Shown: positions 17,647-25,647, numbered from the stretch's first letter. The stretch is 32,000 nt of DNA from Clostridium fungisolvens (GCF_014193895.1 NZ_BLZR01000001.1:2531143-2563142); one strand, 5' to 3'. The notes: generated by a model from the letters alone, not told the origin. Translations and numbers: made by a program.

Positions 17647-18180
17647 ATGAGAAAAAAAATAAAAATAAACGATATGATTTATGCAGCTCTTTTTGCCACC
17701 TTAATTTCTGTTTTTGGTTATATTTCAATTCCACTTCCCTTTAGTCCAGTTCCTCTAACAGGACAAACTTTGATGATAATGCTTGTTGGGTGTGTACTTA
17801 CTCCACTTCAAGCTGGATTAAGCCTAATTACATTTATATTTATGGGGATTATTGGGCTTCCAGTATTTTCTGGAGGTGCTTCAGGTATAGGAGTTATTAT
17901 AGGTTCTAACGGAGGGTATCTAATGGGATTTCTTATTGGTTCCGTAGTTATTAGTTTAATAAAGAATAAGAATAGTTCTATTCTTTCCATGATATCAGCC
18001 AACATTATTGGCGGAATTGTTGTGGTCTATATTTTAGGAGTTTTATGGCTATCTTATATTACAGGAATGGGAGTATATAGAGCCTTTATTGTAGGAGCAC
18101 TTCCTTTTATTATCGGAGATTTAATTAAAGCAGTGGTTGCTGCAATAGTTGCTAAAAGAATTAATACTTTAAGAAGATAA
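17647..18180 (+). CDS. bioY: Biotin transporter BioY (ECF S-component)
   Basis: LFATLISVFGYISIPLPFSPVPLTGQTLMIMLVG and GGYLMGF...GDLIK are the BioY signature blocks. SD GGAGGG. A BirA box lies upstream. Confidence 0.9.
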   Translation: MRKKIKINDMIYAALFATLISVFGYISIPLPFSPVPLTGQTLMIMLVGCVLTPLQAGLSLITFIFMGIIGLPVFSGGASGIGVIIGSNGGYLMGFLIGSVVISLIKNKNSSILSMISANIIGGIVVVYILGVLWLSYITGMGVYRAFIVGALPFIIGDLIKAVVAAIVAKRINTLRR

Positions 18181-18275
18181 AATAAATTTTAAAGGGAACC
18201 TTCAAATATAGGCTCCCCTTTATTTCACTCTAAGTAATTGTAATTAATAAGATATTTATTTTGCTTAGAATTTTG

Positions 18276-18776
18276 TTACGTATTCTTTATTATTTTAGTT
18301 TTTATACTAAAAGATCTATCATCTATAGCCTTTTGCACTGCTAAAATTCCATCTAAGTGATCATATTCATGTTGTATCAATTCAGATATATCACCTTCTA
18401 ACTCTATCAAATTATCTTTCCAAGCTAAATCTTTATAATATACTACGCACCTTTTAAATCTTTTTACTTTTACCAAAAGTTCAGGGAAGCACATACAATC
18501 ATCCCAAACTGTAATCATTTCATCATCAACATATTCTAGCTTAGGATTTATCAATACAACTTCCTTATCTATATTCATATAAATAAGTCTTTTAAAATAT
18601 CCAATTTGAGGAGCAGCAATAGCTCTTCCTGCGCCGTATTCTTTTCTAAAATTCATTAAGGTATCATGCAAATCTTTTACAACTTCTTCAACTTCAACTA
18701 ATTCCTCTTGTTTTATCTCTTCTGAAACATTGTATAATTTTTCATTTCCTAATAAAAAAATTTCTTTAACAGCCAT
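18276..18776 (-). CDS. def: Peptide deformylase paralogue (divergent motif 2)
   Basis: Motif 1 is GRAIAAPQIG and motif 3 is QHEYDHLDG. Motif 2 reads DDCMCFP instead of EGCLS, with the Cys ligand kept. SD AGGAGGGG. Confidence 0.8.
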   Translation of the reverse strand: MAVKEIFLLGNEKLYNVSEEIKQEELVEVEEVVKDLHDTLMNFRKEYGAGRAIAAPQIGYFKRLIYMNIDKEVVLINPKLEYVDDEMITVWDDCMCFPELLVKVKRFKRCVVYYKDLAWKDNLIELEGDISELIQHEYDHLDGILAVQKAIDDRSFSIKTKIIKNT

Positions 18777-19027
18777 AAATGCCCCTCCTATTTTAAATCT
18801 ATCTAGTTATTTCCTCGCCTTCTAGCATATCCATCTTTTTTATCATAATGTCTATAACCTTAACAGAAACATATCTTTCTCTTATATTACTTCTTAAAAG
18901 TAGCTCTTTATAAGGAACTTCTAAATAAATCTTATTTTGGCTCTATATGATGCACATAATCTTATTAGCTTTTGTCTGTTTTCCCTTCTCAAATTAGTAG
19001 CATTCCAAACAAAACTTTCTTTTCTTC

Positions 19028-19897
19028 TTAGAACTTCCTTTGCTCTAATATCTTAATTATATTCGTATAAACTTCATAAGGTATTATAAGATTATTATCT
19101 TTTCCACTTCCAATTTTTATATCTAGTCTATTTTTACCGTGGTAATCTGTACCACCAGATATCATTAAATTATATTTATTAATCAGGTAATCTAAAAATT
19201 TATAATCTTCTTCACTGTGGAAAGGATAGTATCTTTCAACTCCATCTAATCCCAAACTAACTAAGTATCTTATCTCTTCTTCTATCTTTTCATTATTCAG
19301 TCCTGCGAATCCCATATGTTTATTATAATGTGCTAGAAAAGATATTCCTCCAGCTTCTTTTATTACTCTTATGGCATCTTCCACTTTAAATAATTCTTTT
19401 TCACCATATGGAATTGGATCTAAATATTTATCCCAAATTCCTTGAGCAGTTTCACATATTTTGTTTTCAATAAAGTACTTATAAACATCGTATCTGTCTA
19501 AATATTTTCTAAATGACTTTTCTTTTAATTGCTCTATATCAATACTTATCCCTTGTTTATTTATTATTGATAAGATATTACTTACACTTTCGTGTCTTGC
19601 TTCCTTCATTTCAATATAAGCCTTCAAGAATTGCGCATTATCTAAATCAATTCCTATGCCTAAAATATGAATAATTCTTCCATCCTTGTATAGTGCACTT
19701 ATCTCTATGCCATTAAGAAAATCTATATTATTTTCCTTAGCCAGCCTGGACACTTCATAAATTCCTTCTATATTATCATGATCTGTGAGAGCTAGTGCTT
19801 TAACCTCTCCTACTACAGCATCATCGATCAGTTCTTCTGGAGTACTTCCTCCATCAGAAAAAATTGTATGTGTATGAAAATCAACTTTATAATCCAT
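19028..19897 (-). CDS. PHP-domain metal-dependent phosphoesterase
   Basis: N-terminal DFHTHTIFSDG, ALTDHD and a C-terminal GGTDYHG are the PHP His/Asp metal-ligand motifs. SD AAGGAG. Confidence 0.75.
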   Translation of the reverse strand: MDYKVDFHTHTIFSDGGSTPEELIDDAVVGEVKALALTDHDNIEGIYEVSRLAKENNIDFLNGIEISALYKDGRIIHILGIGIDLDNAQFLKAYIEMKEARHESVSNILSIINKQGISIDIEQLKEKSFRKYLDRYDVYKYFIENKICETAQGIWDKYLDPIPYGEKELFKVEDAIRVIKEAGGISFLAHYNKHMGFAGLNNEKIEEEIRYLVSLGLDGVERYYPFHSEEDYKFLDYLINKYNLMISGGTDYHGKNRLDIKIGSGKDNNLIIPYEVYTNIIKILEQRKF

Positions 19898-19922
19898 AAT
19901 AACTCCTTCATACCAAAATAAA

Positions 19923-20015
19923 GATGTACCACTCAGGTTCGAAATCTATTTTTAAAACTTCTTCTGTTTCAAAAAGAATAATTTAAAAATATAAATTCCA
20001 TTAAAAAGTTGTAAA
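19923..20015 (+). repeat. Family-1 palindromic element, copy C (3' arm degenerate)
   Basis: GATGTACCACTCAGGTTCGAAATCTATTTTTAAAAC...TTTAAAAATATAAATT matches copies A and B. It fills the gap between two minus-strand genes. Confidence 0.6.
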
Positions 20016-20055
20016 CAAATATATTTAAAAATTAAAATTATATATTATCATTAAA

Positions 20056-20649
20056 TTAAATATATAAATCTAAACCAAAATATCTTTTGTTTTCATTATC
20101 AATAAACTTAAAGTTACCATTATAGAGGATTGTTCCTGCATATTTTCCCTTTGTTATTATTAAAAAACTCTTTAAATTATGGTCTGGAGATTTTAGACTG
20201 AATTGAAGGGTTTTTAATTCTTTTTGATAAATATCTGTTCTAAATCTCATTATACCTAGTTCTGAAATTTCTGCAGCATCTATCTTATGATTACTGTTTA
20301 TATCTGCAATATTAATCAAGGTTGCTGATAAATCCTTCGATATATCCTTTGAATTTATTAACTTTCCATCGGTGCCGAATTGATCCACCTCTAAATATTT
20401 GCCGTATACTCTCTCAGTCTCAATTACATTAGCAGTCTCAGTGAGCATCGTAATATCATTTTTTAAATCTGCAACTAAAAAACTTTTACTGTCCCTATAT
20501 TCCACTGACTCGGTAAGATTTCTAATAAATACACCACAAATTGACATTAATAACAATATAATCAATACCTTAATTAAATTAATTTTTTTATTGAATTTCA
20601 CTTCGGCCCTTGAATTGCAACTATAAGCTAGTAAGTTTTTAGTATACAT
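20056..20649 (-). CDS. Membrane-anchored hypothetical protein with one EF-hand-like loop
   Basis: One N-terminal TM helix (LIKVLIILLLMSICGVFI). DINSNHKIDAAE (nt 20269-20304) fits the 12-residue EF-hand loop at positions 1, 3, 5, 8, 9 and 12. SD GGTGAAGGA. Confidence 0.6.
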   Translation of the reverse strand: MYTKNLLAYSCNSRAEVKFNKKINLIKVLIILLLMSICGVFIRNLTESVEYRDSKSFLVADLKNDITMLTETANVIETERVYGKYLEVDQFGTDGKLINSKDISKDLSATLINIADINSNHKIDAAEISELGIMRFRTDIYQKELKTLQFSLKSPDHNLKSFLIITKGKYAGTILYNGNFKFIDNENKRYFGLDLYI

Positions 20650-20862
20650 TCCTTCACCTATCCTTTAGAATTTTTTTATATTCTAAAGGTACTAAAGAAT
20701 TATTAAATATAGCTTATAGCGTTGTAAAATACAAGTTAAACTTTTGAAACTGCTAAAGCACCGTATTGCAATTAATTGGTTAGCTATACGATGCTTTAAT
20801 TAAATTACTAAAAGAAGTAATATACTTTTATATAAACTTCCATTTAACTTTTTACTTAAATG

Positions 20863-22854
20863 TTAACCAGAAATTTGACTCTCATGTTTTGCAAAGAAAT
20901 CTACTCTTGGTTCCAAGTATTTTAGTTTATGAGTAGCTGGATCACCTAAAAGATCATAAATTGGTTTAAATATATAATCCCAGCTCCAAAGCCTTTCATC
21001 TACATTTAAATATTCTCTTACCATCTCACAGCCATTTGGTGCAATAGGATGTATTAAGGTTATAGCCGTTCTTACGGCATGGAATGAATCTATTAGCACT
21101 TGTCTTCTTAATTCATTATCTTCCTTACTTTCTGCTTGCTTCATATTATTTACCCAATATTTATTCATATTACGGATATAACTATCCAAGACATAAGTTA
21201 CAATATGAAACTCGTGATTGTACATGTGTTTTTCATAAGTTAAAATAGCTTCCTTTGATTCATCTAGAATTTCCTTACTTATCTCTCCTACTGGTATAGT
21301 TCCATCAAAATACTTTTGTGCTGTATAGAAACAAGAACGAACAAGTCTATTAAATACATTTGTAAGCAGATTGCCGTCTTTCAAAACAGTGTCAGGACCT
21401 TGTTTATCCTTATCATCCATAAAGGCTTGTGGTGCAAAGCTAACGCTCTTTTTAACTAAACCAAGGCTTAAAAAATGCATACGTAATTGTTCTGCAGTAT
21501 AGTATTCTAATAGTTCCCTTGCCATAGGTGGTTTTATAGCGCCACTGCTACTAGCTTTTTTATCCATAAAAAGAAGATGATTATTTGCAATTAAGTGAGG
21601 AATATTCAAACTTTCCCAGTCTACTTTATCATCTTTATCTATTCCTAATAAAGCCATAAGCATTGCCATCTCAGCAACTCCATAGAAATAGATGTTGTCT
21701 TCACCAATAAATTGATATACTTTCGAATCTTTTCCAGTCCAAAACTCTTTCCATGCTTCTGAATCTTTTCCGATGCTTTCTAAATAAGCTTTAGTAAAAG
21801 ATACTGGAGCCCAAAGAGATTCTGGCCAAACCCAGAAAGTTAAATCCTTAAGCTCTTCCTTTTCAGGTACTTCTATCCCCCACTCAACATTACCTGATAA
21901 TCTAAAAGGCACTAGAGTCTTACCAGTTCTAAAACGGATACCCATCTTATCAAAAACTTCTCTTGCCTTATCTCTATCCTCTAGATTTTCAAAGACAAAA
22001 GAAACAGATGGCTTCTTTGGTTCATCTATAATGGTGTGTTTTGGTAACTTTTCCTCTAAATCTGTTACCTCTTCTAACTGCTTACGTTTAACATATATAA
22101 TTGGTTGCTTTAAAAATTCTTCGATTGTATTTAATAAATACTTACGCCAATTTGTATTCTTTCTTAAATAATCTACTTCTTCATTTAAAAGCCTATTATA
22201 TTGGTCTAATTTAAAGTACCAATTTGTAACATCTCTAAGTTCAGGTACTTTACCTGATAAGGTACTCTTTGGATCTATTAATTCAATTGGCATGAATTGA
22301 TGACCTAAATCACATTCATCTGCATAAGCTTTTTCAGATGTACATCCTTCTATTGGGCATTTACCTATTACTTGACGACCGTTTAATAGTACTTTCTTAT
22401 CTGGATCATAAAATTGTGGAGATGATAATTTTTGTAAAAACCCACCTTCATATAATTTATTAAAAACATTAGCAGATACTTCTTTGTGTATTTCACCAGC
22501 TCTATCCAGCGCTGATGCAGCATAAAGATTTAAATCCATTTCATATTTACTTAGTACTTCTTTTTGCTTCTCATGATTCTCGCGAACATAATCCTCAATA
22601 GTTCCTTTATAATTGTTTTCATCTACCATTTTTCTATAGCTTGCGGAAATTGGCGAGCCATAACAATCTGTTCCTGATACAAATATAACATTTTCTTTTC
22701 CAATTCTATCTCTTAAGAATCTTGCAAAGGTATCTGCATGAACAAACACTCCACCAACGTGTCCAAAGTGTAGTTCTTTATTTCCATAAGGCATACCTGA
22801 AGTTATAACAGCTTTCTTTGGGAATACCGGACGTTCTATTTTTCTTTCTTCCAT
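20863..22854 (-). CDS. metG: Methionine--tRNA ligase (divergent, long connective-peptide type)
   Basis: Class-I HIGH region PYGNKELHFGH, GTDCYGSPI (compare MetRS xxDxHGxPI), a Zn-knuckle-like CPIEGC...CDLGH, and a KMSKS-position loop reading KKASSS. A T-box leader lies upstream. Confidence 0.8.
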   Translation of the reverse strand: MEERKIERPVFPKKAVITSGMPYGNKELHFGHVGGVFVHADTFARFLRDRIGKENVIFVSGTDCYGSPISASYRKMVDENNYKGTIEDYVRENHEKQKEVLSKYEMDLNLYAASALDRAGEIHKEVSANVFNKLYEGGFLQKLSSPQFYDPDKKVLLNGRQVIGKCPIEGCTSEKAYADECDLGHQFMPIELIDPKSTLSGKVPELRDVTNWYFKLDQYNRLLNEEVDYLRKNTNWRKYLLNTIEEFLKQPIIYVKRKQLEEVTDLEEKLPKHTIIDEPKKPSVSFVFENLEDRDKAREVFDKMGIRFRTGKTLVPFRLSGNVEWGIEVPEKEELKDLTFWVWPESLWAPVSFTKAYLESIGKDSEAWKEFWTGKDSKVYQFIGEDNIYFYGVAEMAMLMALLGIDKDDKVDWESLNIPHLIANNHLLFMDKKASSSGAIKPPMARELLEYYTAEQLRMHFLSLGLVKKSVSFAPQAFMDDKDKQGPDTVLKDGNLLTNVFNRLVRSCFYTAQKYFDGTIPVGEISKEILDESKEAILTYEKHMYNHEFHIVTYVLDSYIRNMNKYWVNNMKQAESKEDNELRRQVLIDSFHAVRTAITLIHPIAPNGCEMVREYLNVDERLWSWDYIFKPIYDLLGDPATHKLKYLEPRVDFFAKHESQISG

Positions 22855-23044
22855 GTTTACACACTCCTTAAATGTAATAACATCTGCTTATTAATTTATT
22901 TAAATCCACAAAAGAGTCGCTAAACGACCTTCTTCAGTGAGCTTTTTTAACGCATCCAAACTACTGACGATAAATGCAAACCAATATATTACTTAAGTTA
23001 TCCAAAACTAACTTTTTTTATTTTAAGTTCTTAGACAGTAAAAA

Positions 23045-23318
23045 AGGGTATAAAAAAACACCTCCTACAATAATCTGTAGGGGCGACTTAACCGCGGTAC
23101 CACCCTGCTTCATTAGCATGTTGCCATGCTAATCTTATCAAGTACTAACACATACTCTAGTTCCGTAACGTGAACAAACGTCATAGTATCACCTATTCTT
23201 CAGAATAAGATCCGTATGCAGCTCCAAGCCTTGTTTCATTAAAATATCCACTGTTCCATCTCAGCAAAAGGAACTCTCTGTAAGTTTCAAAAATAACTAC
23301 TCTTCTTTTCATTGCCTT
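23045..23318 (-). promoter_or_regulatory. T-box riboswitch leader of metG
   Basis: On the minus strand I read AAUGAAAAGAAGAGUAG (GA/K-turn + AGUA), CAGAGAG (AG bulge), the distal loop UUGCUGAGAU, the conserved T-box AGGGUGGUACCGCGG (about 23092-23108), then the terminator CCUACA-GAUUAU-UGUAGG followed by U7 (about 23052-23083). The candidate specifier is AUG-A at 23237-23239. Confidence 0.85.
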
Positions 23319-23324
23319 TATTTT

Positions 23325-23353
23325 AATATATAAAATCAATATGTTAATGTCAA
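23325..23353 (-). promoter_or_regulatory. Sigma-A-type promoter of the metG T-box leader
   Basis: On the minus strand: TTGACA (23353-23348), a 17-nt spacer, then TATATT (23330-23325). Confidence 0.65.
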
Positions 23354-23540
23354 GAATTATTATATTTATTATTTACAAAATTAAAAATTTTATAATTACA
23401 TTTTCTGGCAATTCTCAGCTATTTTTAAGCTTCAGTCTATATTATTATACTATTGCAATTATTGAGTAAGTTTTAATAACATATTTCATCAATAATTCTA
23501 TAGATAAACTACTTCATATTTGAATCTATCAAAATAAAAA

Positions 23541-23610
23541 TTCGTGGTTCATCGAAATCATTTTTAACCAACCATGTTCATTAGAGAGTTTTTATATTTT
23601 ACTAATTTAT
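23541..23610 (+). repeat. Family-1 palindromic element, copy D (degenerate/rearranged)
   Basis: TTCGTGGTTCATCGAAATCATTTTTAACC...GAGAGTTTTTATATTTTACTAATTTATTA shares the CGAAATC(T)ATTTTTAA core, the GAGAG centre and the AT-rich return arm with copies A and B. Confidence 0.4.
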
Positions 23611-23669
23611 TAATCTATATATTTCTTATATAGATATATTTTAAAACTGTGAAAGAAGGTAATTAACAA

Positions 23670-23849
23670 ATGAATATATCAAAATTATTTCAAGCAGCAT
23701 CTTTAAATAATATTTATTCCAGTAGACAGACTCAAATCGTTGATACTGTTTCAAGTGCAACAAAGACTCCAAAGATACAGAAACCAGATGCAATTTCAAG
23801 TGCAACCAAATCAAAGGGTGGAGATCACTACTTCGAAGCAAGGGCTTAA
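23670..23849 (+). CDS. Small hypothetical protein, 59 aa (below the ORF-track cutoff)
   Basis: GAAGGT lies 9 nt before the ATG. Translation: MNISKLFQAASLNNIYSSRQTQIVDTVSSATKTPKIQKPDAISSATKSKGGDHYFEARA. It has an internal SSATK(T/S)-type repeat and typical AT-rich codon use. The stop is 5 nt before family-1 copy A. Confidence 0.45.
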   Translation: MNISKLFQAASLNNIYSSRQTQIVDTVSSATKTPKIQKPDAISSATKSKGGDHYFEARA

Positions 23850-23854
23850 TTAAA

Positions 23855-23950
23855 GATGAGCCACTTCGATCCGAAATCTATTTTTAAAACTCTCACGGGT
23901 TTTGGTGAGAGGATTTAAAAACAATAAATTTTATTACGAAGTGGTTCATC
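23855..23950 (+). repeat. Family-1 palindromic element, copy A (best preserved, 96 bp)
   Basis: The outer arms are GATGAGCCACTTCG (23855-23868) and CGAAGTGGTTCATC (23937-23950), matching at 13 of 14. The middle arms are AT-rich. The central stem is CTCTCAC (23890-23896) paired with GTGAGAG (23905-23911), with an 8-nt loop. Confidence 0.7.
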
Positions 23951-24286
23951 TATACACATAAATAAACAATTAATCTTAATCACAAAATTCAACCCTATTT
24001 CTAGAAGCTAATAGAAATTTGGAATATACTTTTATATCAATATAAAAACTCTCTTTTGTATAGATAAACCTATTCATAATATACTAAAATCTAGAATTAG
24101 AAAAAGATATTTCGTAATATTTCCATATAAATACTATAGCCAATGTTAATCATTTATAAAAGCCATTATCATAAAAGTTTCATCAAATCGTTTTTTTTAA
24201 TATGTCTTATCAATTATGCTTTCTGCATAAAACATCATCCTTATTTCATAAATAAATATAAAGCAATTTTATAAAACCAAGTGATA

Positions 24287-24315
24287 TTGCAAAATCCTAC
24301 CCTTTATACTATAAT
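24287..24315 (+). promoter_or_regulatory. Sigma-A-type promoter of azlCD
   Basis: TTGCAA (24287-24292), a 17-nt spacer, then consensus TATAAT (24310-24315). Confidence 0.6.
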
Positions 24316-24365
24316 TTCGGATAGTACATTTTTATGAATATACTATTTTCATTTCATCTTAATAT

Positions 24366-24454
24366 GTACCATTTCGATTCGAAATCTATTTTAAAAACTC
24401 CTATGGATTCTGAGAGGAGTTTTTAAAAATATAAATTTTATTATGAAGTGGTAC
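24366..24454 (+). repeat. Family-1 palindromic element, copy B, inside the azlCD 5' UTR
   Basis: Outer arms GTACCATTTC / GAAGTGGTAC. The central stem AAAACTCCT / AGGAGTTTT has 9 bp. It lies between the predicted promoter and the azlC SD (AAGGGGG). Confidence 0.7.
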
Positions 24455-24479
24455 ACCAATAAATTAAGGGGGCATCTAT

Positions 24480-25199
24480 ATGAAAAATGCAATTAAAGCA
24501 GCCTTTCCAGTTACCATACCTGTAATGTTAGGATATGTATCAGTAGGCATAGCCTTCGGACTGCTGCTAGAAAAGTCTGGTTACAATTTTTCATGGGCAA
24601 TTTTAATGAGCATATTTATCTATGCAGGCTCAATGCAGTTTATAGCTATTAATCTTTTAACCAGTGGGGCTGGTTTAATTGAAGTAGCACTGATGACATT
24701 GTTTGTAAACATAAGACATGTCTTTTACGGTTTATCATTTATTGATAGTTTTAAAGAAATGGGGAAGAAAAAGAATTATATGATTTTTTCTCTTACCGAT
24801 GAAACTTACTCACTGCTTTGCGCTTCAAAAGCTCCTGAAGGAGTTAATAAAGACCAATTCATGTTCTTCATATCACTATTTAACCAAATATACTGGATTA
24901 TTGGCAGTGCAATTGGTTCTATAGCAGGTTCACTTATAACTTTTAATACAAAAGGAATCGATTTTGCAATGACCGCTTTATTTGTAGTAATTTTCATCGA
25001 ACAGTGGTCAACCTATAAAAATCATACGCCCGTTTTAATCGGCGCATGCTCCACAATTTTATCTCTATTATTATTTGGTCCAAGCAATTTAATTCTACCA
25101 TCAATGATATTTATATCTATAACATTGATATCATTAAAAAAACAGATAGAGGGAAAAAACTACGGTGTTGATAAAGGAGAGGTAAGTAATGAATATTAA
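24480..25199 (+). CDS. azlC: AzlC-family branched-chain amino acid exporter subunit
   Basis: PVTIPVMLGYVSVGIAFGLL...IYAGSMQFIAINLL...NIRHVFYGLS are AzlC signature blocks. The protein is polytopic. Confidence 0.85.
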   Translation: MKNAIKAAFPVTIPVMLGYVSVGIAFGLLLEKSGYNFSWAILMSIFIYAGSMQFIAINLLTSGAGLIEVALMTLFVNIRHVFYGLSFIDSFKEMGKKKNYMIFSLTDETYSLLCASKAPEGVNKDQFMFFISLFNQIYWIIGSAIGSIAGSLITFNTKGIDFAMTALFVVIFIEQWSTYKNHTPVLIGACSTILSLLLFGPSNLILPSMIFISITLISLKKQIEGKNYGVDKGEVSNEY

Positions 25200-25524
25200 T
25201 ATTAGTTCTACGATAATTTCTATAATAATTATTGCTCTAGTTACTTTCGGTACAAGAGTTGCTCCTTTTATCCTTTTTGGAAAAGGAAAGTCTACACCAA
25301 AGTATATATTATATCTAGGCAATTTTTTACCTCCAGCGGTCATGGCAATGCTGATAATTTACTGTCTAAAAAATGTGAGCCTAATTACTTTTCCTTTTGG
25401 AATTCCTGAACTTATTGGTATATCCTCAGTAGCGCTGCTACATATATGGAAAAGAAATAATTTACTTAGTATAATTGGTGGAACAGCCATCTATATGATA
25501 GCAATTCAATTTATATTTGTATAA
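25189..25524 (+). CDS. azlD: AzlD-family branched-chain amino acid transport protein
   Basis: A 111-aa membrane protein with four hydrophobic segments that overlaps azlC by 11 nt. SD GGAGAGG. TFGTRVAPFILFG is the typical AzlD N-terminus. Confidence 0.8.
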   Translation: MNINISSTIISIIIIALVTFGTRVAPFILFGKGKSTPKYILYLGNFLPPAVMAMLIIYCLKNVSLITFPFGIPELIGISSVALLHIWKRNNLLSIIGGTAIYMIAIQFIFV

Positions 25525-25527
25525 GAT

Positions 25528-25575
25528 TAAAAGCCATGAACTTTTAGGAATTGCCTAATTTTTTCATGGCTTCAA
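25528..25575. terminator. Bidirectional terminator hairpin (azlCD / AIM24 gene)
   Basis: AAGCCATGAA (25531-25540) pairs with TTCATGGCTT (25563-25572), with an inner TTAGG/CCTAA pairing. Confidence 0.55.
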
Positions 25576-25647
25576 TTTTCTAAAAACTTTTGTACATATA
25601 GATAAAATAGTTTGTGTTTATATTAATACTTCTTTATTTTCAGTAAC

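Noticed and set aside
19930-19950. tRNA fragment or att site suggested by GGTTCGAAATC (T-arm-like) in family-1 copies
   Set aside because: There is no acceptor, D or anticodon arm around it, and no CCA-end context. The motif differs from GGTTCGAATCC. No integrase is nearby. I treat it as part of the palindromic repeat.
23641-23841. 66-aa minus-strand track ORF
   Set aside because: It has no SD and an odd Leu/His-rich translation. The overlapping plus-strand 59-aa ORF has an SD and a better codon pattern, so I favour that one, though only at moderate confidence.
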